IMG/VR virus record: IMGVR_UViG_3300032018_000003
Strand: one strand, 5' to 3'
DNA from: a virus
Taxonomy: Duplodnaviria > Heunggongvirae > Uroviricota > Caudoviricetes
Length of the DNA stretch: 64,000 nucleotides
Shown: piece by piece, positions 18,297-27,752 of the stretch
How positions within the stretch are numbered: the first letter of the stretch is position 1
Layout of the letters: each line of letters begins with the position of its first letter
Made by a program: the position numbers and the translations under genes
Notes under the pieces: model-generated
Databases searched by the model: none
Told to the model about the DNA's origin: nothing
What the model saw: only the letters and a program-made list of their open reading frames with translations

Positions 18297-18334
18297 GTGT
18301 ATATGAATAGTATAGTGGTATAGACATTAGTATA

Positions 18335-18511
18335 TTAAAACTCGCCTCTATCCTTTCCTTTCCAATAGAGTATCGCACCAAGTCTTATTAATAGAAGTAA
18401 TATTATAATTGCAATTGGAATTATAATTAACCATATTTTAAATATATAGAATAGGAACACTAATATAACAACTGATACTAATCCTGCAAGCAATTGGTTT
18501 ACCCAAGTCAT
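18335..18511 (-). CDS. small two-TM membrane protein (58 aa, not in track)
   Basis: Manual translation MTWVNQLLAGLVSVVILVFLFYIFKIWLIIIPIAIIILLLLIRLGAILYWKGKDRGEF. Confidence 0.3.
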   Translation of the reverse strand: MTWVNQLLAGLVSVVILVFLFYIFKIWLIIIPIAIIILLLLIRLGAILYWKGKDRGEF

Positions 18512-18669
18512 TTTAATACACGTCCGTCTTTATTACTCCTGTGCATGATCATATACTGTAACAATTCAATATCCTCTTTGGTTTGTTTTATTTCTGTAAT
18601 AAGGTTGTCGTGTTTAATATATAATTGTTTTAAGTTGTCTAACATATTTTGTAATGTTACTTCAACCAT
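18508..18669 (-). CDS. small coiled-coil protein (53 aa, not in track)
   Basis: Manual translation MVEVTLQNMLDNLKQLYIKHDNL.... Its stop overlaps the next start (ATGA). Confidence 0.3.
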   Translation of the reverse strand: MVEVTLQNMLDNLKQLYIKHDNLITEIKQTKEDIELLQYMIMHRSNKDGRVLK

Positions 18670-18676
18670 TTATAAT

Positions 18677-19018
18677 TCACTTTATATTATTTATTAATAT
18701 GTTGGTGTCCATCTCTCCACCAACTTTATATTCATATCTCTTTACCATCGCTCGTCCATAAGTACAATTAGTACTATTTATATTTCCATTTATCCATGTC
18801 TCATTACAACCATCTGGATAAGTTACTATCTCTGTTGTCGTTACTAACTTATCTTTATTTAAAACCATCCACAACATTGTACTAAATATAATTACAAGTC
18901 CAATAATAACAATTACTTTTTGTTTGAATGAAATGTCTTTCCAATCCTTTTTAAATTTTAATTTGTTTAATACTTTATCGTCTATCTCGAACGACATATC
19001 TTTATCGTTGTCTGTCAT
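18677..19018 (-). CDS. single-pass membrane protein with Cys/N-glyc-sequon ectodomain (113 aa)
   Basis: Transmembrane segment IIGLVIIFSTMLWMV followed by C..NETWINGNINSTNC. Confidence 0.4.
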   Translation of the reverse strand: MTDNDKDMSFEIDDKVLNKLKFKKDWKDISFKQKVIVIIGLVIIFSTMLWMVLNKDKLVTTTEIVTYPDGCNETWINGNINSTNCTYGRAMVKRYEYKVGGEMDTNILINNIK

Positions 19019-19466
19019 TTTTTATTGTCACCTTGTTTAAACTTTTATCATATATATAAAATGCAAGTAAAGAAAAACACATAGGTAAGAAATAAAACAC
19101 TATCGATAGTGTCGCAAACCCAGTAGCTTTTTCTTGCGTTGTTAGTTGTGCCGATTGAATTACTATCTCAGGATTCATTATACCAGATATATTACTATAA
19201 CAACCTATTCCTAACATTAGTGTCGCCATTGTACAAATAAGTATAAACATATAATAAGTCATATTACTACTGAACTTTCCATAGTTGTATGCAAACCATA
19301 CAAAACCATTTATAAGAACTTTAACTATAAACACGAACCATATACTATTAGTTAATAAGAATAATGGATTACCTTCTCCTGGTAATATAAAAAGAGATGT
19401 GATAGCATCAGTTAAATTTAGAATAGTAAAAACAAAAAGTAAAAAAAATAAAGTTTTGTTTTTCAT
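19002..19466 (-). CDS. multi-pass membrane protein (154 aa)
   Basis: About 4 hydrophobic helices. Confidence 0.4.
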   Translation of the reverse strand: MKNKTLFFLLFVFTILNLTDAITSLFILPGEGNPLFLLTNSIWFVFIVKVLINGFVWFAYNYGKFSSNMTYYMFILICTMATLMLGIGCYSNISGIMNPEIVIQSAQLTTQEKATGFATLSIVFYFLPMCFSLLAFYIYDKSLNKVTIKNDRQR

Positions 19467-19649
19467 TCTACATCACAATTTTATTATAATGTTCCCAATA
19501 ATAAAAACACAAACGTTAATACTGAACCACCAAACACACACAGCGTTCCTATCCTATATAAAACCCATCTATTTATTTGTAATGGTTCGTCCATATGCGA
19601 TTTCATTTTAAGTATATGTTCCGTCATTCCCATTTAGATTCATCTCCTA

Positions 19650-20315
19650 TTATTCTGTAATGTTTGGACTAATACCAATAACTTTGCTCATATCTATTAC
19701 AATGTTGTTTAATAATATAACATGTTTATCAGTCATTGATTGTTTTAATGTAAGTAAAAGCGCTTCCGTGTTTGATACAGGCACATTAAAGTTATATGAT
19801 ACTCCATCAAGGCACGCTATAATAAATTGAACGTGAGCCTCTTCCTGCGCTTGTGGTTGCATTGTAGGAACTTGTTGTTCTCTTTGTGTTCGCATAATCT
19901 CTTGTCTTCTTAACATCTCTTTCTTTTGTTCATATAAGCCTAATAATCTTTCGTGCTCTTGTTGTGCTAAACGTTCTTGTTCTTCTTGTTCTAATAATGC
20001 TTCTTGTTCTGCACGTTGAACTTCATATTCGTTTATTTCTTCTTCAGTATAATCGTTTGGTGTAGGAGTTGTTTCTTCTAAGTCTTGTGGTTCTTGTTCC
20101 TCGTTATAGTCAGGTTCTTTTACTATAACCGCTTCTTTTGCACCAAAGACTTTGGTGTTATTAAACCCTTGTGGTTTATGTTCTGTTAACCCCATAGGTG
20201 TTTGTTGAGCATTATCTGTTACTTTATTCACTACTAATCTTCCGCCTTCTACTCGCATTTTTCCCATTTTAATATCCTCCTTGTTACTATCTTTTTTCTT
20301 AAACATACTAAACAT
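19650..20315 (-). CDS. Glu/Gln-rich coiled-coil protein (221 aa)
   Basis: Contains EQEALLEQEEQERLAQQEHERLL. Confidence 0.4.
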   Translation of the reverse strand: MFSMFKKKDSNKEDIKMGKMRVEGGRLVVNKVTDNAQQTPMGLTEHKPQGFNNTKVFGAKEAVIVKEPDYNEEQEPQDLEETTPTPNDYTEEEINEYEVQRAEQEALLEQEEQERLAQQEHERLLGLYEQKKEMLRRQEIMRTQREQQVPTMQPQAQEEAHVQFIIACLDGVSYNFNVPVSNTEALLLTLKQSMTDKHVILLNNIVIDMSKVIGISPNITE

Positions 20316-20316
20316 A

Positions 20317-20709
20317 TTACTTCACCTTACCATAATGTTTCATATTACTCTTCATTGTTGCACGTAACTCCGGTGTCACTATTAACATTTTTTCAAACGT
20401 TGTTATCTTAGTAATCTGTTCTATCTGTGACGGAGTTAATATAATATTAAGTTTAGCTTTATCTATATCTTCACGTTTGATTATTTCTATTTTAATACTA
20501 CAATTACTTTCTTTATCATTATAATCATTCCAATTATGTTCCTTTAGAAATATTCTTAAACGTTCTTTTATGTTTGCTTCTTTGTCCTCTAATAGTTTTT
20601 TAATTAAATGTATATCTCTATACTTACTAAATAAAGAAGTTATACTCTCATCCTCTTTAAAGACTTCAAGTAGTCTATTTATATCCTGAGTTACTAATGT
20701 TTGTTCCAT
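20317..20709 (-). CDS. hypothetical protein (130 aa)
   Basis: ORF from track. Confidence 0.35.
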   Translation of the reverse strand: MEQTLVTQDINRLLEVFKEDESITSLFSKYRDIHLIKKLLEDKEANIKERLRIFLKEHNWNDYNDKESNCSIKIEIIKREDIDKAKLNIILTPSQIEQITKITTFEKMLIVTPELRATMKSNMKHYGKVK

Positions 20710-20887
20710 TACTGCACCTTTATATCACTACAACATTTTCTTCTATTCTTTTTAGTTAAAAATAATTCGACATTCTTTGGAAACAAATAACACAAATCAT
20801 TAAATCTCATAATAGCTCTATCTTTATCTTTATATAACTCATTGATAACTTGTCCGTTTCCTTTTCTGACAAATATTTCATACACCA

Positions 20888-21802
20888 TTATAATACCTCA
20901 ATAACTTTTGGTGGTGCTATTAAAGTATCAAACCCTTCAGTTAATATTTGTTCTGCTTTCTTCTGCATTAGTTCTTCAAGTAATGGTGTTATATGACTAC
21001 CTTGAGTTATATAAGAAGTTATACTATTGTAGAGTTTCCAACGCGTAACTTTTTGTGTACACGTATCATTCATATAAGTAACTACCTTCTTACCTGTCTT
21101 TGTATCTTTAACTATTACACAAGTAATACCTAATCTTTTTAATATTTGTTCTCTATGTTTAAAACGTTCAAATAATAGTTCACATAACTTGGCACAGTTA
21201 ATCCATTCTGTACTGTCAAGCATACTATCTGAAATCCAGGTTTGTAATTCTGCATTACCGTTAATTATTTTATTAATACCAATACTAACAAACTTATCAA
21301 TCTCCTTTGCTAGTAATTGATTATGTCTAATAGAAAATTGTCCATCTATAAACTTACTTAGTATCATTCCATTCATACAAGCAAGACGTGTTAGTTTAAC
21401 TTGAAAGTTTAATGATGTACTCTTATCATAAGAATTACTTACTCTAAATCCAGTAACAAACTCTTCATTAAGTTTATCAAACTTAAGGTTACGGTTATTA
21501 AAATCAATGTCTGCAAATGCTTTATTACCACTTTGGAACATAGTCATTTTAAATTTGATTCCAAGTCTATCTAATGACTCAGCAATACTATCAAAGTATT
21601 CTTTATGTTGTACCACGTGATAATTATCAGAAACTACATTACACATTTCTTTCTGTGCGTTGTTATATATCCCTCTAAAGTTAGTTACTGGAGTATTATC
21701 TTTACCCCATTGGATAGGTACTAATTGCGCAGTATCAAGTCTCTCTGTTGCTGCCTGAACTTCACCCACTGTTATACATTCTTGTTTTGTTATATTATAC
21801 AT
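20888..21802 (-). CDS. hypothetical protein, possibly DUF932 (phage/plasmid-related) family (304 aa)
   Basis: The region RGIYNNAQKEMCNVVSDNYHVVQHKEYFDSIAESL resembles the conserved DUF932 core. This rests on memory of the family only. Confidence 0.3.
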   Translation of the reverse strand: MYNITKQECITVGEVQAATERLDTAQLVPIQWGKDNTPVTNFRGIYNNAQKEMCNVVSDNYHVVQHKEYFDSIAESLDRLGIKFKMTMFQSGNKAFADIDFNNRNLKFDKLNEEFVTGFRVSNSYDKSTSLNFQVKLTRLACMNGMILSKFIDGQFSIRHNQLLAKEIDKFVSIGINKIINGNAELQTWISDSMLDSTEWINCAKLCELLFERFKHREQILKRLGITCVIVKDTKTGKKVVTYMNDTCTQKVTRWKLYNSITSYITQGSHITPLLEELMQKKAEQILTEGFDTLIAPPKVIEVL

Positions 21803-21870
21803 TTTATATACCTCACATTATATTTATAATAACTAAAGGTAATGGTATTTATATATTTATTGTTTCTAAT

Positions 21871-22398
21871 TTAATCTGCTTTTCTAAATGGTACTATAAT
21901 AAACTTATAAACAACAATACCTACTATCAATGTCACGATCGCAACAAATACCAATATCCATTTTACTATACTACCACTATTGGGATTATCTTCTAATCCA
22001 TTAAGTAACAATGTTATGTCTGATACATACGGTGGTTCTGTTATTTGAATACTATAAAAAGATAATAGTCTAGCATTATATAATTTTTCTAATCTGGTCA
22101 TATTAGAAACATCTGTTATATAATATGTAACTACAACATCATATGTACCAATAGATGTAGTATTGATTTTAATTATGTTATCTTCGGTACACGGACATTC
22201 GTATATACCACTAATAGTTTGGGAACAGTTACCAATAGGATATAAACCAGTAGTTGTATTCTGTCCTACTTCATTTACTTTAATCATATTATAATTGTTA
22301 CACATCGGTACTGTTGTAATGTTAAACTCTGTACCAATGTCGTATGCTGTTACAAAACAACTACATAATAATATTATTATTAGATATATATATTTCAT
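21871..22398 (-). CDS. secreted/membrane-anchored putative glycoprotein (175 aa)
   Basis: Signal peptide MKYIYLIIILLCSCFVTA, a C-terminal transmembrane segment and multiple N-x-S/T sequons. Confidence 0.45.
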   Translation of the reverse strand: MKYIYLIIILLCSCFVTAYDIGTEFNITTVPMCNNYNMIKVNEVGQNTTTGLYPIGNCSQTISGIYECPCTEDNIIKINTTSIGTYDVVVTYYITDVSNMTRLEKLYNARLLSFYSIQITEPPYVSDITLLLNGLEDNPNSGSIVKWILVFVAIVTLIVGIVVYKFIIVPFRKAD

Positions 22399-22787
22399 TG
22401 TACAACCCTCTTTACTCTAGTAGACGCGTGTTTTAAAAACGGTGCTTGAAATACATCTTCGAATTGTTCAATACATATAGGATTTAACCCAAGTTGGTAC
22501 ATAACTAATGCCGGTTGTCTATTAGATTGAAAAATTAAATAGCACCGATAATCTTTCGGTGCGACTTCCATTAATTTAAATAAAAACCCTAGAGCTTGAT
22601 TCCAACTTATTCCTTTAAGTCGTTTGCATTCAATTACGAACTTTTCATCGTCATTACGAACATCTTGTTGTTGTTGAAATCCAAGTTGTTTAGTAAGATA
22701 TGTTCTTGGATATTTTTTCTGTAATGAATAACATGTGTCGTATTCAAGATTAGACCCCTTAGTTTTCGCTGCACGTATAGATGTCAT
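22395..22787 (-). CDS. Holliday-junction resolvase Hjc-like PD-(D/E)xK nuclease candidate (130 aa)
   Basis: KGSNLEYD...DDEKFVIECKRLKG...CYLIF parallels Hjc E...D...E-x-K and its downstream hydrophobic strand. Confidence 0.4.
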   Translation of the reverse strand: MTSIRAAKTKGSNLEYDTCYSLQKKYPRTYLTKQLGFQQQQDVRNDDEKFVIECKRLKGISWNQALGFLFKLMEVAPKDYRCYLIFQSNRQPALVMYQLGLNPICIEQFEDVFQAPFLKHASTRVKRVVQ

Positions 22788-23024
22788 TATACTTCCTCAT
22801 AAAACAAAACGTATCCATAACTAAAAGAATACCCGTGTGTTATTGTTGTAATACTAACTATCTTAATTTTATTACCATTACAAAAATTACAAACTTGTCC
22901 TGCATTATTAAACTGTTTTGATTTCATCATTTTTTATTCTCTCCTCATCGGCATTAACATTCCTGTATAATACATTATTAAAAACATTAATATTACCATT
23001 AATATTCCTATTATATCAATTATA

Positions 23025-23258
23025 CTAACCAAAATTACTACATCCTTTATATTCACATAAACAATTTGATTTGTTATGTATATCAACCAAATTATTGTAT
23101 CTACTACATATCTTATCTGTTAAGTGCGCTTGACACGTTTCACCACAGTTTGTTGTATCTGTATATGTTATATCATACGTCTTTGTACAACCAACAACAA
23201 ATAAACTAACCAATAATAATAAAACTAATGTCAATACAGCAACAAACGGCGGTTTCAT
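23025..23258 (-). CDS. small secreted Cys-rich protein (77 aa)
   Basis: Signal peptide plus 8 Cys. Confidence 0.35.
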   Translation of the reverse strand: MKPPFVAVLTLVLLLLVSLFVVGCTKTYDITYTDTTNCGETCQAHLTDKICSRYNNLVDIHNKSNCLCEYKGCSNFG

Positions 23259-23623
23259 TCAGTGTCCCCATGTATTTTTTCTGCTATCTTTTTATTAAGT
23301 AATACGAATAATATTAGTACTACAATAATACTCAGTATACCGGAAACTGCTTTAACATTTGTAAATATATTTATTATACCATCTATTATTGTAAATATAA
23401 TACCTGGAATTAATATAGCAAATATAAGAGCCAAAATTTTTGCACCAATAACTGTGTCCCAATCTGAATTATGTGTTATACTTTTTATTATAAAATAATA
23501 TATAGTTTCACAAATAATAAGTGTTATTATTGCATATACCCACCAATACTGATGCATTCCTATAGAAAAATCTATACCATCTGGAGTAAACATTAAATTT
23601 AATACATATTGTTTCCATACCAT
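23255..23623 (-). CDS. multi-pass membrane protein (122 aa)
   Basis: Hydrophobic helices. Overlaps its neighbour by ATGA. Confidence 0.35.
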   Translation of the reverse strand: MVWKQYVLNLMFTPDGIDFSIGMHQYWWVYAIITLIICETIYYFIIKSITHNSDWDTVIGAKILALIFAILIPGIIFTIIDGIINIFTNVKAVSGILSIIVVLILFVLLNKKIAEKIHGDTE

Positions 23624-24009
23624 TATATCATTCCTCTCAAAAATCTTCTACTACTCGTCCGTATAACAATATATAATAAAATAAAGATAGCGAATACAGT
23701 GCCATAATTGTTTAATACCCAATCTAATACACCATACGTTCCATCAACTACTCGCGAACTTGTAGTATAACTATCTCCTTGATTTTTATTTGTATAATCA
23801 TACACACGAGACTCTTCTTGCGGTTTATTTATATACATAATTATAAGTGTAATAAATATTATAACCAATAAAACCAATGCTAAATAAAACCATTTAGTTA
23901 TTTTTGGTTTTACTTCGTCGTCTAGTCTTTTGTTTTGTTTTATTTGGTTCATCAGTTGATTTCGGAATGTCCGTGTTAAAATAGTAACTTGGTGGTTGGT
24001 TTTCATCAT
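23623..24009 (-). CDS. membrane protein (128 aa)
   Basis: Two transmembrane segments. Confidence 0.35.
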   Translation of the reverse strand: MMKTNHQVTILTRTFRNQLMNQIKQNKRLDDEVKPKITKWFYLALVLLVIIFITLIIMYINKPQEESRVYDYTNKNQGDSYTTSSRVVDGTYGVLDWVLNNYGTVFAIFILLYIVIRTSSRRFLRGMI

Positions 24010-24173
24010 TTAAATCCTCAGTAAATTCATTATATACTTTATCTTCTTTCTTTTTAAGTTTCATTATTATTGGTATTAACCATTTCAATAATAAATATAT
24101 TAATGGCAAACATAAAAATATTAAAGAAAATAAAAAAAATTTACTCCTTAATAATACTAGTGGGTTAGGCATC

Positions 24174-25148
24174 TTAATTCACCGATACATTTCCTATGTT
24201 TGCACCAGTGCCCATGTTCATTATCATACCCATAGAATCTCCTGTTACCCATTGTGGATAAGTTCCTTTCCATGTTGCTCGCATCATATCAATATAATTA
24301 TTCTGTACCATAAGTGGAGTAAGCTCGTTTTTCTTTAATGCAAGTGCTTGTGCTTCTGCTTCTCCTTTAATTAAAATTGATTTTGCACTTGCTTGTGCTT
24401 CAAGTTCAATCTTCTTAGCATCTGCCTCGTATGTTGCAATTTGTCGTACCTTATTACTTTCTGCTTCTCCCTTAGCAGCTTCAATTTGTCTTAATGCTTC
24501 TTGTTTTTGGTATTCTGCTTCTTGCGCTTTAGATAAAGCTTGTTGTTCAAATACTTTTTTACTTTCAAGAGCGTTCTGAAACTCTATACTATAACCAATA
24601 TTAGAAATTACTACATTATCTAATGTAAGATAGTCTTTTGGAAAGTTTGCTTTAATTTGTGCTATCGCTTTCTCTTTAAGTTCTTCACGTTTCTCGTAAA
24701 GGTTCTTTGAATCGTATTGCGCAGTTACTGTTTTGAATGCTTCAATTACGATACCTTGAATGTTTAATACTACTGGTAAATCTTTATCTACGCCTACTTT
24801 ACTATAAGCATTAACTACATTCTCGCCATTAGTTTTAAAATTGATTTGAATACTAGCATATACTTTCTGTCCTTCTTTATCTGGTGCAGAGTTTGCATCA
24901 TCGATTGTCATGTCCATACGTTTAGTTCTTAAATCGTATTCTTCTACGTGTACAAACGGTGACATGAATTGCCAACCACTTACCATCGTTCCTTTTAATA
25001 CACCCATATCATTTACTACTCCAATATGTGTCGCGTCAACTGTTTTAAAACTTGCTAATCCTACAAAAAACAAGATTAATGCTATTACTATAAATATTCC
25101 TACTACAATTCCTGTTACTGTACTTTGTCCTTTTTTATTCATTTTCAT
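24174..25148 (-). CDS. SPFH/band-7 (stomatin/HflK/prohibitin-like) membrane protein (324 aa)
   Basis: N-terminal transmembrane segment, then a PHB-like core GVVNDMGVLKGTMVSGWQFMSPFVHVEEYDLR, then an Ala/Glu-rich coiled coil. Confidence 0.65.
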   Translation of the reverse strand: MKMNKKGQSTVTGIVVGIFIVIALILFFVGLASFKTVDATHIGVVNDMGVLKGTMVSGWQFMSPFVHVEEYDLRTKRMDMTIDDANSAPDKEGQKVYASIQINFKTNGENVVNAYSKVGVDKDLPVVLNIQGIVIEAFKTVTAQYDSKNLYEKREELKEKAIAQIKANFPKDYLTLDNVVISNIGYSIEFQNALESKKVFEQQALSKAQEAEYQKQEALRQIEAAKGEAESNKVRQIATYEADAKKIELEAQASAKSILIKGEAEAQALALKKNELTPLMVQNNYIDMMRATWKGTYPQWVTGDSMGMIMNMGTGANIGNVSVN

Positions 25149-25157
25149 TCATCTCCT

Positions 25158-25577
25158 TCAACTATATTTCTTATATACTCGTACTGCTAAACACATTCCA
25201 AATATAAATATAAATATTCCTAATAAAAATGTAAATGTTTTAGATACATACGACTGCCAGTTTGGATCGGTTCGTACATCAGAATAAGTTAATACTTCTA
25301 AATATTGATCTCCAGTATATCTACATTCTACTATTTTTGGATCTTTTAATTGTTCTGGTGTACACTCGTGTATAATAAACTTATCTATAGCTTTTTCATC
25401 TGATGTTATTACACTATAAAAAAGTAATCCTGCTAAAAACGTCATACATAAAAAAACTAGTAATGCTAATGGCATTACTTTACGTATATGTATATACTCA
25501 ATTTCATGTACACATACTTGTTTTCTTGCTTCTGAGAACATGTCTTCTTTCTGTTTGTTTTTTTTATTCATTTTCAT
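25158..25577 (-). CDS. membrane protein sharing MKMNKK start with SPFH gene (139 aa)
   Basis: Two transmembrane segments. A duplicated roughly 30-bp start region occurs at 25131-25160 and 25560-25590. Confidence 0.35.
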   Translation of the reverse strand: MKMNKKNKQKEDMFSEARKQVCVHEIEYIHIRKVMPLALLVFLCMTFLAGLLFYSVITSDEKAIDKFIIHECTPEQLKDPKIVECRYTGDQYLEVLTYSDVRTDPNWQSYVSKTFTFLLGIFIFIFGMCLAVRVYKKYS

Positions 25578-25828
25578 TCATCTCCATATTTTATTGGTTT
25601 ACAAATATCTAAACAGTTATCTGTAAATTTTCTGTTAAACTTAAAGTCTTCACATTTGTAAATACATTCATCATAAGTTGTTACATTAGAAATTAATATT
25701 TCTTTTAATATGTCGTAGTTACTACTCACACAATTTTGTGGTTCTTTGTTTTCATATACTAATATTATTGATATAGCTAACAGTATTAGTATTGTTATAC
25801 ACACATATAAATTTTGATTTTCGCCCAT
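25574..25828 (-). CDS. type-II membrane Cys-rich small protein (84 aa)
   Basis: Signal anchor plus 6 Cys. Confidence 0.35.
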   Translation of the reverse strand: MGENQNLYVCITILILLAISIILVYENKEPQNCVSSNYDILKEILISNVTTYDECIYKCEDFKFNRKFTDNCLDICKPIKYGDE

Positions 25829-26059
25829 AATAAACCTTTATACTATTGGTGTTTATATAAGTTACGTTTCTAATTTTTATTCTCTAACAAAATCCACATG
25901 GTCCACCATTCGTACAATTTGAATAATATTGTTGACAACCTAATGCCTGGTTTATACTATATTGAATTATAAAATGTGCTATTACGTTTATCAAAATAAC
26001 AATACCTATAAGAAGACAAAAATATAATAATGTTACTTTTAAGTCTTTATTCATAATTA

Positions 26060-27385
26060 TCAATATTCAAATATGTTTTTCTTAATCTGTGGTTTAATAA
26101 AATAACTTAACTCACTCCACACTCCACTCATATCAATATCCGATATTGTAAAGTTACGGTCTTTAAATTCATCTAATGTACATAGTTTTATACTATTACC
26201 GACGCCCACACCTCTAGTGTTGGGGATAAGAAAGTGTATTCCTGGACCATATTTTTTAGTTATCTGCGCCTGAATTCCACCTAAAGAATTCGAATAATGT
26301 TCTATTTTCTTTACACTTTTTCTCATACACATAAGAGTTGTGTCTTTTTCTAATAGTTCTAATATAATGTTTTTTAAATAAGTTTTACTAAATTTAACTA
26401 TTCCCTTTTCTACTATTTGAGGTACTAAGTAATCCCAAAAAAGTTTTCTAGATAAAGGAGATGTTGATTTTTTTCTTATACCGAGATTTTTTATGACTAA
26501 AGCGTCTTTGGGGTCTTTAAAAATTCCTTTTTTTACATATATATAATTTTTTTGAAGAAGTCCAAACTCATGTTTATTTTTCTGGTCATCTTCGTCTAAA
26601 TCAAATTCGATTTTATTTTTTTTGTTGTCTCCTTTAAAGAAAAACAAATGTTTAATTTCACACTCTAATTCAAAATCAAATGTTGTTTGAGGAAACGGAA
26701 CTGTACTTTTAATATAGTCTATAATTTGTTGTTTGACTTTTAACAATCTTTCAGTGTCCATATAATAATCTAGTATGTATAACGAATCTGTATCAGTATA
26801 TGCAACATCATAACCATTCTCTTTAAACACTTGTCTTGCGTATTTTACCCATTGTTCCCCTAATGAAGTACAATCCTGTGCTGCAGTCATATCATATAAT
26901 AATATAAATGCAGGGTTGTCAGAAACTCCGAAGCTCGTATTTAAGCATATCTTAAACGTGTATTCAAGCGGGTCTACTTTTTTACTTAGTTCTAAATATT
27001 CCTTTACTAACTCTTCTGTTAATACTATTTCTTTTAATTCTAAATCTTTAACGTCTTTTAAATTAATTGTATATATAACTTTACCAATATATTTATCTGC
27101 CTTTTTCATACTAACTACTTTCTTTTCTTCTACTAATACAAATTTTCGTTTATAATAATTTCTTTGATAAAACCATTTACGTTGTAGTTTAGCAACTATA
27201 CCCATTTCATCAGTATAATAAACGCCGCTAACTTTCCATACCCCTCCACCATTCCATGTGGGTCTATTATTAAAATCAAACTCTTTCTTTCTATTTAATA
27301 ATGCGGCTTGAATATATACGTGTGGATATAGAGAAGTATAATCTAATAATATTATATTATATTTTGATTTGTCTATAGTTTCCAT
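26060..27385 (-). CDS. polB: family B DNA polymerase, polymerase-domain fragment (441 aa)
   Basis: Motif A LLDYTSLYPH and motif C YTDTDS are present. It begins immediately after the point where the exonuclease-fragment ORF ends. Confidence 0.85.
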   Translation of the reverse strand: METIDKSKYNIILLDYTSLYPHVYIQAALLNRKKEFDFNNRPTWNGGGVWKVSGVYYTDEMGIVAKLQRKWFYQRNYYKRKFVLVEEKKVVSMKKADKYIGKVIYTINLKDVKDLELKEIVLTEELVKEYLELSKKVDPLEYTFKICLNTSFGVSDNPAFILLYDMTAAQDCTSLGEQWVKYARQVFKENGYDVAYTDTDSLYILDYYMDTERLLKVKQQIIDYIKSTVPFPQTTFDFELECEIKHLFFFKGDNKKNKIEFDLDEDDQKNKHEFGLLQKNYIYVKKGIFKDPKDALVIKNLGIRKKSTSPLSRKLFWDYLVPQIVEKGIVKFSKTYLKNIILELLEKDTTLMCMRKSVKKIEHYSNSLGGIQAQITKKYGPGIHFLIPNTRGVGVGNSIKLCTLDEFKDRNFTISDIDMSGVWSELSYFIKPQIKKNIFEY

Positions 27386-27389
27386 TTTA

Positions 27390-27752
27390 TTACCAACATC
27401 TCATTATAGGATAATACATTATTTTATTAGTAATCAACATAGAGTTTTCATACCACGTCATATTTCTTTTTCCTATATATTCTATTTTTATAAAAGAACA
27501 ATCTAATTTAACATTAAATTTATAAGTATCATTAAAAACACAATAACCATCATTCTCATAATATACTGTTGTGTTTTCGTTCATGTCGTGCATAAAATTA
27601 CAAAGAGTGTCGTTTTTATAAACTAACACGCTGTTTGCTCCAACAAACATTCCATATGATGTACCCATATTATAAATTATTAAAAACAATATAATCATTA
27701 ACAACCAAAACAATATAGTCTTTATTTTATTTATTTTAATCTGTTGTAACAT
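27390..27752 (-). CDS. small type-II membrane Cys protein inserted between polB fragments (120 aa)
   Basis: MLQQIKINK start plus a transmembrane segment. It is a paralog of 27736..28029. Confidence 0.45.
   Translation of the reverse strand: MLQQIKINKIKTILFWLLMIILFLIIYNMGTSYGMFVGANSVLVYKNDTLCNFMHDMNENTTVYYENDGYCVFNDTYKFNVKLDCSFIKIEYIGKRNMTWYENSMLITNKIMYYPIMRCW

Noticed and set aside
17042-18330. Possible CRISPR array in the repeat-rich non-coding block
   Set aside because: The repeats are irregular in length and spacing, occur in several unrelated families and lack uniform unique spacers. Nothing resembles a repeat-spacer array.
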